Under the pieces are notes generated by a model. It was not told where the DNA came from. It did not search any database and saw only the letters and a program-made list of their open reading frames with translations. This document shows, one piece after another, positions 21,751 to 32,660 of a stretch of DNA of 50,142 bases. The stretch is from Octopus bimaculoides (Eukaryota), in contig NC_068991.1 of NCBI RefSeq assembly GCF_001194135.2, positions 8,238,256 through 8,288,397 of the forward strand. The letters run 5' to 3'. Each line of letters opens with the position of its first letter. The stretch's first letter is position 1. The position numbers were made by a program, and so were the translations under genes.

Positions 21751-21946
21751 CCTCGAATGGGATCAAGACAAATAGCTCTCGGCTCAGCCAATCCTTCTGA
21801 AATAAGCACCTTGCGCGATGTTCCATTCAAGCGACAAACTTCAATACGATCTGTCCCCGTGTCAGTCCAGTACAAATTACGCCCTATCCAATCAACTGCC
21901 ACACCGTCCGGATGTTTCACTTCAGTGCTAACTACTATTTCTTGAC
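21751..21946 (-). CDS. LRP5/6: LRP5/6 exon E6, propeller 2 ([29 protein letters not shown]...LDPIRG)
   Basis: Acceptor aaacag|GT, donor GG|GTAAAT; 196 nt. Confidence 0.94.
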
Positions 21947-22058
21947 CTGTTTGATTCACAAGAATTTTGTAATTAACAAACAACAAAAAAGAAATTAATA
22001 AAAATTTAATATAAAGGACATTAATGTATTTTAATGAGAAATAAATAAACAAATACTG

Positions 22059-22376
22059 TGGAGATGTACTTGCATAGCAAGTGACTTGATCTGAGATTGT
22101 GTGCTGGAAGAAAAACAATTGCAACATGGAAGGTGTTTATAAGCCATATAAAAACACGCAAAAACCGTTACATTCACTTCAACATTTAAATTTAATTTGT
22201 CAAAATATTTTTGTCACATCTCAGAGATGCAACACAGAATTTTGTCAGTGAACAGGTTGTGGTTTCAAAGCGACAAAAATATTTCGACACAAATGAAATT
22301 TAAATGTTGAAGTGAATCTAACGGGTCTTGTGTGTTTTTATATGGTTTGTAAACACCACCCATGCTGCAATTGTTT
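22059..22376. mobile_element. Hairpin (palindromic) dispersed repeat, copy 1
   Basis: Arms ~22113-22195 and ~22297-22376 are reverse complements; second copy at 38116-38377. Confidence 0.85.
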
Positions 22377-22869
22377 AATAAATAAGTAAAAGATAAAATT
22401 TATTGAATTTCAAGCATTTTTTTCTTATATTCCATTATGTATACACACCCACACACGTCATTTATGAGATGACTGTTGAAACATCATGTTCCAAGACAAT
22501 AAACACCACATATACCTACTCTTTTTTGTAACATTGAGTTCTTTCTTATCATGGATAAGTACAATTAACTGACTGAAATCAATCTAACTATTTTTTCATC
22601 TACCAAACTACCTCTCTATCAACCTGTCTCCCTGCCTATCCACACACACACACATTTACGGATTACCTCCCTTAGTAAACAACTCGGCATTTATAAACGA
22701 GAAGGCAAAAACAACTTTCAGTGTAAAATAGAAGTAATAATTCTGAGTCCAAATTCAACAGGTCTATTATATGTACAAGGTCTGAGGTTTTGCGGGAAGG
22801 GACTAGTTGATTACATCAACCCCAGAATTTCACCTAAAAGGATGAAAGCCAAAGCTTATAAATGTGCAA

Positions 22870-22998
22870 AAGAGACCCTGTGAGACCTCTGACAAGCTGC
22901 TGTCTGCTCTCACAAAATCAACCAGAGCAAGGAAAACCAAGAGCTGTGACAAGTAAAACAATAACAATAACAATAACAATAATAATAATAATAATAAT
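22870..22998 (+). mobile_element. Possible non-LTR 3' end running into (AAC/AAT)n
   Basis: Complex 90-bp segment followed by a trinucleotide tail; family assignment uncertain. Confidence 0.35.
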
Positions 22999-23029
22999 CT
23001 TTTCTACTAAAGGCCTGAAATTTGGAGGG

Positions 23030-23452
23030 GGGAAGGTGTAGAGCTGATTACATCAACCCCAGTGCGCAACCGGTACTTATTTCATTGACTTCAAAAGGAT
23101 GAAAGGCAAAGTCTACCTTAGTAGAATTTGAACTCGGAATGTAAGGATGGACAAAATACTTATTTCTCTACTGCCCACAAGGGGCTACACACAGAGGGGA
23201 CAAACAAGGACAGATAAACGGATTAAGTCAATTATATCAACCCCAGTGCGTAACTGGTACTTATTTAATCGACCCCGGAAGGATGAAAGGCAAAGTCAAC
23301 CTTGGCAGAATTTGAACTCAGAACGTAGTGGCAGACGAAATACCGCTAAGCATTTCACCTGGTGTGCTAACGATTCTGCCAGCTCACCGTCTTGGATGGA
23401 CAAAATACTGCTAAGCATTTTACCCGGCATGCTAACAGTTCTGCCAGCTCAA
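23030..23452 (-). mobile_element. Cluster of three tandem family-B SINE pieces (one near full-length, ~23146-23392)
   Basis: Repeated GAATTTGAACTC and AACGATTCTGCCAGCTC segments. Confidence 0.85.
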
Positions 23453-23478
23453 AAATAATAACAACAATAACTAATAAT

Positions 23479-23517
<39 letters not shown>

Positions 23518-23518
<1 letters not shown>

Positions 23519-23668
23519 CACTACTGGGCACTGCACACATCCTACGCAAAACACTTTCAATACAGTATTCATAAGAGCATCACAGCAAACCACAGCACAT
23601 ACCCAAGGCACACAGAGCTGCGCTCGGTAGTGAAGTGAAAGCACGTTATAAAAATAAAACTACTGAAC
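23518..23668 (+). mobile_element. 5'-truncated R4/Dong-clade non-LTR retrotransposon inserted in (TAA)n
   Basis: Encodes ALLGTAHILRKTLSIQYS*, the R4/Dong ORF C-terminal motif (LLGTAHILRK.LS); (AAT)n on both sides. Confidence 0.75.
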
Positions 23669-23683
23669 AATAATAATAATAAC

Positions 23684-23884
23684 CAGATCCATCCATGTGA
23701 GCTCGTCGAATGAGATGTATATTGTCATCAGTCCAGTAAACATAGTCCTCAACGGGGTCATAGTCTATGGCAATGGTGTGTTGGATGTCATTTAGCTGAA
23801 GAATCACATCAGTATAATCAGGTGTATCCAGGGATATTCGACGCAAATCTGATCTTCGAGCCAAAAGAAGAATTTCCTTAGGAC
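23684..23884 (-). CDS. LRP5/6: LRP5/6 exon E5, propeller 2 start ([23 protein letters not shown]...RAHMDGS)
   Basis: Acceptor tttatag|GT. Donor G|GTTATT is weak but is the phase-1 site giving DGS-G-QEIVV; 201 nt. Confidence 0.9.
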
Positions 23885-24012
23885 CTATAAACATCAATGC
23901 AAAATTCATAAGATAATAACACCAAAATCAGAAAGGATATATAAAATGCCAGCTTCTCATTAAATTTAATAGTAATTTACTAAAGTTTATCAACAACTAT
24001 AAAATAGAATTA

Positions 24013-24369
24013 CAGTAGAACCTCGCAGTACGAGCTGAGACTCGTGCGAATTTTTGTCTTGAAGTACAAGAGGAAATCCACAGTATGAACACACAAATTG
24101 TCCCATCCCTGAAGTAATTAAGTTAATAAAACCAGTTTACATATTTCTTTTGCATTCTTTTTTTTTATAATTGTCATTTTACTTGTAACTACACCTTTTC
24201 TGTTTTAAAACCCATAAAAAAATTTATTTTCGAGTAGTTTTGGGGGGCTGGAACAGGTTAATTATATTTTAGTTAATTTCAATGGGGGGAAACTGATTTG
24301 TAAAATGAGTAAATCATAAGACGAGCTTGGTCGTGGAACAAATTAAACTCGTACAGCGAGGTATCACTA
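24013..24369. mobile_element. Pogo/Tigger-like MITE
   Basis: TA|CAGTAGAACCTCG ... CGAGGTATCACTA (degenerate right TIR). Confidence 0.6.
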
Positions 24370-24689
24370 CATTTCTAGTAAATATTCAGCAATTATTTGA
24401 AATTGTATGCTGAAACAAATCCATATTTATTTAGTATTAATTAAATATATATGCTGTTATTTATTAAGTCTTTTACCATTTCTCTGTGATAATATCTCTG
24501 ATACTTTATTGTATATGCCAAAAAACAAAGTTGTAACAAAAGACTTTTATACCATAAGCTATACAAACAAGTATCTCTGTAAATAAATACTAGCATGTGT
24601 TAATTAAATGATTAATTAATTAATTAATAGCAAATACAATTACAAACTATAATGATACATAGATTGTACATCAACAAAATAAAACTCAC

Positions 24690-24821
24690 TGCCAGGACAA
24701 GTTTGGCCGTTTTCGTGAATACGAATTCCCGTCGGACATGCACAAGAGTAAAAAGGTGCTTGAGGAGACATTAGACACAAGTGAGAACATCCACCATTGT
24801 TGTGACCGCATGGATTTATTT
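24690..24821 (-). CDS. LRP5/6: LRP5/6 exon E4, EGF1 ([43 protein letters not shown])
   Basis: Translated by hand (the ORF track shows another frame). Six-Cys EGF; acceptor aattag|AA, donor A|GTGAGT; 132 nt, phase 1-1. Confidence 0.95.
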
Positions 24822-25152
24822 CTAATTAATTGAAAAGAAAAATCATTTAAAAAAAAAAATGGCAAAAAATACAAAAATTCATTTTCGAAGAAAAATGTAT
24901 AACATACATATGTGTCAGATACATGTTATAAAATAGTGTTTATGTGTTATATATCCTGTTTATATTATTCATACTAAGGTAATTCATAAACTCAACTGAA
25001 GCAAAAGATGTTATGAAATGCAAAGAGTGGAATGAGAACAGAGTTTATCCCCATGGATCGAATAAAAGGTCAGATTTAAAATTCTGATACAACAGAAGAC
25101 ACCTGAAGAAGGCTGGAGTATACAACAGTTGAAATGTAGTGAAAGCAACAAT

Positions 25153-25508
25153 TAACAAGAGCACTCAGAGAGTGCAAACCACCACCAACGCTCTCTATTG
25201 AGATCAGCCAGAGATGATTTTTAAAATGAGAATATCTGAAATAAACTCAACTGCTCTCACAAACAAGAATACTAAAAATGAACCTGACTGTTCTCAAAAA
25301 AATTTTTTTTTAAACGGAAAAGTAATCCAGAATCCTTGTCTAGAACCAGATCAATCCCCAAATCTAACCAGTTTGTACCAGTCATGAAGCTAAACATCCT
25401 TGAAAGTTTCATCCGAATCCATCCAGCGGTTCTTGAGATATCTTGTCCACGGACAAACAAACACGACTGAAAACAATACCTAACTGCCTTTGCTAAAGCA
25501 GAGGTAAT
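25153..25508 (+). mobile_element. Helentron-associated (HINE-like) non-autonomous element
   Basis: 5' hairpin GCACTC-AGA-GAGTGC (25161-25175); 3' TACCT..CTGC-CTTTGCTAAA-GCAG-AGGTA hairpin (~25478-25506). Confidence 0.5.
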
Positions 25509-25904
25509 GATGAGGACATCAGTCTGACTAATACAAACAATAAACATAACATAAATTCTTCATCCCAGAAATATAAAATTGTAGTGTTTATGTACTTAAG
25601 CATAAAGACTGAATGAATAGGGGACCAGAATTTAAGACAGTGGCTCCAGAAAATATATCTAATGGCAAATATTATGTCATCATTGTTCTTACTAATAAAG
25701 TTGGCACCTGCATGTATGTGCTCAGTTTTAAAAATTTTATTAGCAAGGATAGTAACAGAATTATTATCGTGCTTCAGCTCAATCAGGTCTGTCGAGAACC
25801 CCAAATATCATAAGGCCAGAGCACAATTCAATTTATATGACATATATGTGATTGAGATTACAACAGACATCTCTGAACTGGATGCCAGCCCATCACAAAG
25901 TTAA

Positions 25905-26070
25905 CTCCTCATTTATTGCTGAAACTCACTTACAGCTGAGTGGACTCCAGTCCACTCAATATGAAATGACGTGTTTTGCTCAAGAACAAAATGCACTGTT
26001 CAGTTCAGGTATTGAAACCACAATCTTATGACCATGAGTGCAACACCCTAACCACCAGGCCATACATCTT
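25905..26070 (-). mobile_element. tRNA-SINE fragment (family C-related)
   Basis: Reverse complement of GGCCTGGTGGTTAGGGTG...GGTTTCAATACC...TTGAGCAAAACAC. Confidence 0.65.
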
Positions 26071-27038
26071 CACAGGTTAACCAACACACATTTTCGATTA
26101 CAGAGATGTAAACAGGAACATTAAACTGTAGAAAGGACATATAAGCCTTTGTCCATGTTAACAATAATAAAAGGACCTCAATTAATACCTCTGGACAACA
26201 GGAAACGGTATTAGGGAGTCAGATAAATTTGATCTTTTTTTCCCGTTATTTATTTTAATCCTTTCCAATGTTCTTTGAACTAACAAGTTTATATGACAAC
26301 AAGAAACACAACAGAGGGCTGCAATGTCAAACTCTCCCCTTCATCAAAAGCCAATGGTCATTGAAAATTGATTACACTGGTGGTACCCCAGCATGGCCAC
26401 AGTCTTTGGGCTGAAACTCATAAAAGAATAATGTTTTATTGAATTTTTGTAGATCACTTCTTCTACAACTTCTGTTTATCACTTTTGAAATATGAATAAA
26501 TGTTATCTTTTTTCAGATGTATGATGTTGGAATACCAAGCAGAAAAATTTTTTAAATCAAATTTATCTGACAACCCAATACTTTGTAAACTCTCATTTTC
26601 ATAAGTACCAAACTTAAATGAATCATTAAGGAGAGAATTCATGCTAAAAATGTTCAGCCTACAAGCTGGCTTACAAAGACTACACAAACTAGAGAGTGTA
26701 TTCATAAGATATCTGAGTTATTAATCTAATACTTATACATCTCTGCAAATCTTTGCTATCTTGGGTACCAGGGTATTAGATTTCAAATCTTAAACTCCGA
26801 GATAAATAATCTATTTTTAAATAGTCATTGACACCATGGTCAAACTGAACAAATCACTGCCAAGTAAGCTTAATTTTGTAAATCAACACAAAAACATTTC
26901 CCATGCTCCTGATTTGGAACTATATTGAAGAATATCTTTCACAGTTTATAACAAATTTCCTTAATTCTATCAAAAACTTACAAGACCTACATAAAACTCA
27001 TTGCCTGCAAACACACTGAACAGGATGACACACATGGG

Positions 27039-27310
27039 TGCAGGAGTAATGGTATGGTAAGAAGTTTGCTTACCAACCATATAGTTCTGGGTTCAGTCCC
27101 ACTGTGTGGAACCTAAGGTAAGTGTCTTCTTCTACAACCTTGGGCCAGTCAAAGCCTTGTGAGTGGATTTGGTAGGGAGAAACTGAAAGAAGCCAGTCGT
27201 ATATATAATGGGGCACTCCGTCAGTTGACTGTGAAGGTTCCAGTTGATCTGATCAACAGAATGCCCTGTTCATGAAAGTAATGTGCAAGTGGCTGAGCAC
27301 TCCACAGACT
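27039..27310 (+). mobile_element. Family-A SINE (+) followed by the 3' part of a family-C SINE (-)
   Basis: Family-A head 27039-27205; GGCACTCCGTC...GCAAGTGGCTGAGCACTCCACAG matches 3712-3810. Confidence 0.75.
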
Positions 27311-27505
27311 GTGCTGGTATGGCTATGTGATACGTATGGATGAGGACAGCTGCTCTCAGCAGGTTCAATACCTAGGATCTCCATTTAGGTCTTTTCTTTG
27401 CCATTCTTACACATTCGCCATATGACGGTTCAGTTTAGTTCTTGTAATCAAACCAGTTTGTTCTAGGTCTTCCTCTCGAGTGTTTGCCCTCTATTTTTTC
27501 TTCTA

Positions 27506-27733
27506 TTGGGTTGTCCGGAAAGTGCGTGCCGATTTTTAAAGGAAAGAAAGCGGTCAATAAATACTTGCCAGTACATTTTTAATCAACCAAATATGAACCA
27601 TTTTGTTGAACAATGCGTCTCCATCTTTCCTTTAACTTGAAAATACTCTCTTCCCAGAATTGAGGTGATTTCATGGCAAATAAGTCAAAAGGTAAGCTAC
27701 TATAAATCGGCACGAACTTTCCGGACAACCCAA
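27506..27733 (-). mobile_element. Internally deleted mariner transposon, 228 bp, 30-bp TIRs, TA TSD
   Basis: TIRs 27506-27535 and 27704-27733 with 1 mismatch; 27680-27579 encodes FAMKSPQFWEESIFKLKERWRRIVQQNGSYLVD*, the mariner transposase C-terminus. Confidence 0.93.
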
Positions 27734-27830
27734 TAGTAACAATCATTGTATGCCTTGTGCTCTTACTATGTGATCAAAGTGATAAGAAATTAACTGTTAG
27801 ATGTGCTATTAACATTAAAACAAAATATAA

Positions 27831-28247
27831 GCACCGGTATGACTGTGTGGTAAGAAGTTTTCTTTCCAACCACAAGGTTCTGAGTTCAGTCCCACCGCAT
27901 GGTGCCTGGGGCAAGTGTCTTCTACTATAGCCTCAGGCCAACCAAAGCCTTGTGAATAGATTTGGTAGGTGGAAACTGAAAAAAGCCCATTGTTTGTGTG
28001 TGTGTCTGTGTTTGTCCCCTACCACCACTTGACAACTGGTGTTGGTGTGTTTACGTCCCTTTAATTTAGGAGTTCGGCAAAAGAGATGGAATGAATACCA
28101 GGCTTTAAAATAAAAAAAAAAAGTACTGGGATCAATTCATTTGAATAAAAGTTCTTCAAGGCAGTGCCCCAGCATGGCCACAGTCACATGACTGAAATAA
28201 GTAAAAGTAAAAGTAAAAGTAAAAGTAAAAGTAAAAGTAAAAGTAAA
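27831..28247 (+). mobile_element. Full-length family-A SINE ending in (GTAAAA)7
   Basis: Head, GT-repeat core, tail GTGCCCCAGCATGGCCACAGTC...; hexamer expansion at 28201-28247. Confidence 0.88.
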
Positions 28248-28367
28248 TTCAAGATACAAATTCCAGGGTGACAAAAAAACAAAACAAAAAAAAAACAAGA
28301 ACATGAAAATAATTGTCATGATAAACAAGCAATTTCCTCTACAGAATGGTAAGAATTTGCTACTCAC

Positions 28368-28768
28368 TGCTAGGCTGTCTCTTGGCAGTGTAGACATGAA
28401 TATCCATTGGTGAGAAGATATCACTGTGTACCACCTCCTTATTGTTCCCAGTTCTCTTATCACATGAATAAATGGCACGGGTGTGCCAATCTGTCCAAAA
28501 AAGTGTTTCTTCAAAGAGTGTCAATGCAAAAGGATGAGGTAAAGAACCTTCTACAACTGGCCTGCGATCAGATCCATCAAAATTACAACTATGAATAAAA
28601 TTGAGTTTGGCATCAGCCCAATAAATTTTGGAATCATCATAGTCTAAAGTCAAGCCATTTGGCCAGTGGATATCTTCACTTATTATCACAGAACGATTTA
28701 ATTTATTCCCATCCATTCCAGCACGTTCAATTTTAGGCCGCTCACCCCAGTCTGTCCAGTACATATAG
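28368..28768 (-). CDS. LRP5/6: LRP5/6 exon E3, propeller 1 C-half ([20 protein letters not shown]...KRQPS)
   Basis: Acceptor tttacag|C (phase 2), donor A|GTGAGT (phase 1); 401 nt. Confidence 0.96.
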
Positions 28769-28827
28769 CTGTAAAATATATAAAAAACATACAAATTAGA
28801 AGTTAAAATATATAAAATACAAGTTAA

Positions 28828-29269
28828 CTCTTTTGTTACCAACCCACCCAAAACCACTTCTGTTTCAATGATACAAATTTCGTGTTTAACCCTTTCGATA
28901 CCAACCCGGCTGAAACCGCCTCTGGCTTTGTAGTACAAATGTCTTGTTTTCATAAGCTTTTAATTAAAATCTTCCACCAAACCTTAGGCACAATTTATGT
29001 TCCTAACACTAGCTTAATGATAACCAAGTTATTTTACTAAATTCTTTGTTATATTTGAAATTAATGAAAGAAACACAGAGCATCTCAAAATAAATATGGT
29101 AACAAAAGAGTTCAAGTGATCTAAAAACCATCTTTCAAAATTTCCTGTTCATCTATGTTCCATACACCAGGTTAATAATGATAAAGTTACTTTGCTAAAT
29201 TCTTCATTATTTTCAAAATTAATTGAAACAAAGGCAATGTATTTCAACAGAAACATGGTAACAAAAAGG
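28828..29269. mobile_element. Nested pair of related TTAA-targeting (piggyBac-like) MITEs; inner copy 28890-29110
   Basis: Outer TTAA|CTCTTTTGTTACC...GGTAACAAAAAGG|TTAA; inner TTAA|CCCTTTCGATACC...GGTAACAAAAGAG|TTCA. Confidence 0.8.
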
Positions 29270-29899
29270 TTAAAAATGATTACTAAACAGGAAAAAAAAA
29301 AGATTAATAAATGAATTCTTTAAAAAAATTTTCTCTAACCCTATTAGAGATCTGTAGAAAAATTTATATAATTCTAGTTAATTGTTCTTACAAATGTTAT
29401 ATAAGTAACTGGTTACAAATATTACATAACATGAGCTGCAAGTTATATATATTACATAACATGAGCTGCTAGTTAATATATTACATTACATTAGTTGCTA
29501 GTTATATAAGGAGATGATTAAAATAAAATGGAAGCAATGAGAAATAGAAAATTAAGCTATATTGGAGTCAGATTTTGCATGAGAAATGGCCTTGCAAAAT
29601 CTTTAAATACACATGTTCAAACACACAGAGACACAAATACTGGCACTCCACTACCACAAGTGCACACACACATACATATGCATGTATGTATACACATGAA
29701 TGAGTAAATGTATGTGTATACTTACATATATTTATATATACAAATATATGTAATCATATACGCAGTACAAATCAGCCTCTCTTGACATGAAACTGGTACA
29801 TTTATTTTACTGTAGTTTTGACATCTGAATAACGATTATTTTGAATTAATACTTACACAGCTCAATTTTCATAAGGAATTAACACGAAGCATTTTAAGG

Positions 29900-30262
29900 T
29901 TATTTTTTCCCCCTAATAAGGCAAGGGTTAGCTTTGCAGGACCCCATGACACTTCCCCTCATCTTGACCTATCCTCCACATCATTCTCATCAATCTCCCT
30001 GCCTTGCCCTCATTTGCTCCTCCATCATCTTTAGCCATGTTTTCTTGGCCTTCTGTTTCTAATTCTTCCCACAGTCATTTCTACTAATCTTCTCACACAA
30101 TCAATTCCATCCTTCTTCTGCCCATCACCCAGTCATTTCATCTAATTTGTCTTCACAACATCCATTATTCCCATCATTCTCTGCAATTCATGGCTTTCCT
30201 CTCTCAGTAATTCTCCACTCATTCACTGAACCATTCTCATTCCAATTCTGTCTAACCTTCCC
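29900..30262 (-). mobile_element. Old RTE-LINE ORF C-terminal relic
   Basis: Reverse complement translates RLDRIGMRMVQ*MSG...VRRLVEMTVGRIRNRRPRK, aligning by eye to RTE EMRMLRWMCG...GRPK. Confidence 0.6.
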
Positions 30263-30265
30263 TAC

Positions 30266-30570
30266 TGGTGAAGGCAATGTGGCTAAGCGGTTAGGGTATT
30301 TGGCTCACAGCTGTAAGGTTCTGAATTCAACACCCAGCAGTGCATTGTATCCTTGAGCAAGACATTCTATTTCACGTTGCTCCACTCCACTCAGCTAGCA
30401 AAAATGAGTGGTTTCTGTCTTTCAAAAGGCCAGCCTTGTCACTTTCTGTGGTATGCCGAATCTCCCCGAGAACTATATTAAGGGTATGCATGCCTGTGAA
30501 GCACTCAGCCACTTGCAAGTTAATGTCATGAGCAGGCTATTCCACTGATCAGATCAACTGGAATACTGAT
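30266..30570 (+). mobile_element. tRNA-SINE (family C-related)
   Basis: TGGCTAAGCGGTTAGGG...GAATTCAACAC...TCCTTGAGCAAGACA; 3' part is the reverse complement of 3740-3880. Confidence 0.75.
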
Positions 30571-30940
30571 TGTCCTAACAGTTTTAGTTGTTTTTCTTTT
30601 TTTCCTTTCCAACTTTCCTTGCTACTGTGTTCATTAGCTATACATCACTCTCAGAAACCATAGCATCACTCTCAGAAACCATAACATTTCTTACACATGC
30701 ATCATGTACCTTTTCTCTTCAGCTTCAGCAATATTCCCCTTCTCATGAGGACTTACTCCACACACATTTCATTTTAGTGACTCTCATTGAGTCAATTTTC
30801 ATAAGGAATTCATTCATTATTGTAATAGTAGCATGAGAAAGCAAAATGCTTTCAATTCTGTCAGTATACAAGTGGCCCTCAAAAACTTGCTGTGATTAAA
30901 ATGGCCTGCAGTAATTCAAGTTGGCCAGGCCTGGACTAAA

Positions 30941-31150
30941 ACCCTGTCAAAAGTTTTCTCCAGATCAACAAACCCATGAAACAACATCTACTTATTTTCC
31001 TGTGACTGCCTTATAATAAAGACTTTATCAGTCATTCCTCTTCTTGGCATAAATTAGAACTGCATTTCATCAATCTTTATACAGAGTGTATCCTATATCT
31101 TTATACTTTGTGCACACATCTGTATGTCGTAGGAAGCTACTAGGAGTTTG
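30941..31150 (-). mobile_element. RTE-LINE reverse-transcriptase relic
   Basis: Translates IKIDEMQF*FMPRRGMTDKVFIIRQSQENK*MLFHGFVDLEKTFDRV (RTE QFGFMPGR.TTD..F..RQ / FVDLEKAFDRV). Confidence 0.8.
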
Positions 31151-31899
31151 GATGTCAGGAAAGGCATCCACTGTCAAATACGACTCAAAACAAACCCCCG
31201 TGATGAGTTTTCATAAACAATTGAGAAAACACAGTTAGTCTTGGTATAATTCACTTTCCTTTAATGAAATTGCTCTTCTATCAAGATGATTTGCAATTGT
31301 TTGTTCGGATACAATCAATCTCTATGTTGAATGTAAATATTTGCAACCACTTTTCAGTGTTAATTGTGAGTATTTGTTTAACCACTCAACAAATGTCTTA
31401 AGCTTCTTTTCTATCTCACAGACACCTCCATAATGCAAATATGATGCACAATCTCTGTGTAGCTACTTCAATTATATGCTGTTGTCTTCTTAACACCCAA
31501 GCAGATTTTCAAGCTTTTCCCTGTTCAGCAGCAGACAGCACAAACGTATAAGTTTCAAGGACAGACTTCTTGTATGAACCTGGCTTTCTTCCTTGTTAGA
31601 CACCTGGTGAAATACCAGTGTTTGTAGCTTAAGACGAGCTATCACTGCCTTGAGATTGTGAGTCACCAGTCAAAATAACCTCAAAGTACATTATGATAAG
31701 CCCAGAGCAAACTGAATCTATTTTCAATATCATTTGAATGTCTGTTTTTGATGCTGGCATGGGTTGGAGGGTTTGACAGGATCCAGTGAGCTGCTGGACT
31801 GTGCCGAGCTCCAGTGTCAGCTTTGGCATGGTTTCTACAGCTGGATGCCCTTCCTAAAGCCAACCTCTTCACAGTGTATACTGGCTGCTTTTTATGTGG

Positions 31900-32660
31900 C
31901 ACCAGCACTAGTGAGGTTGCCAAGCAACTTGCAAGACAGAAAAGAACAGGGAAAAAGGAGAAGAAAAAAATAATAATAATAAAAAATAAAACACAACTGA
32001 GTGAGTACCTGAAATTATTGTCAACAATAATACCAAAGTCATGTTCACTAACAGACTCCTTAAAGTTGGAATTGTGAAGTGAGTAGGAAATTCCAAGTTT
32101 TTGCCTCCCAAAATATATGGAGGTACACTTGTCTGCAGCGAGCTTGAGTCACCAGTCAATAATCTCTTACTACATTGTTTCCAAGTCAAATTGTCAGAAA
32201 GCTCTATAGCAAACAGGATCGGGTTTTTTTGGTCTTTTTTTGTCTGGTTTTTTTATCATATAGTACAGCTTAATGTCATCTGCCTGTTTTAACACATTAA
32301 CACGTTTTGTGTTGGCATCAGTTTCATTAATGTATGCAACAAATAAGAGGGAACCAAGAACAGAGCCCTGTAGGACATCAGATGTCATTATATTAGGTGA
32401 AAAATGTTATCCTGCAACAAACACTTTGAATTTCAACCAGTAATATTTGCCCATTGCAGAGAGCTTCACTAAGTTATTTGTATGGCACAGAATTAAAGGC
32501 TTTGGCAAAATCAAGATAGAAATTTAATGAGCTGGCCACAACAGCTGGAGATAGATCCAAACCATAAGGGTCAAATAAGGTTATGAGGGTTCCAAAGTAT
32601 CTCTCTGACACAGGACTATCAATATGTTCATTCAACTTGTGAAACTGACCGGACAACAGC
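31900..32660 (-). mobile_element. Decayed CR1/L2-type LINE reverse transcriptase
   Basis: YLDFAKAFNSVP (~32480-32520), DVLQGSVLGSLLFVAYINE and QADDIKL (32270-32385); frameshifted. Confidence 0.8.

Noticed and set aside
26440-27010. Coding-looking stretch with an 80-aa ORF (SLCSLCKPAC...)
   Set aside because: Multiple stops in all frames and no motif I can name; probably an unrecognised decayed TE.
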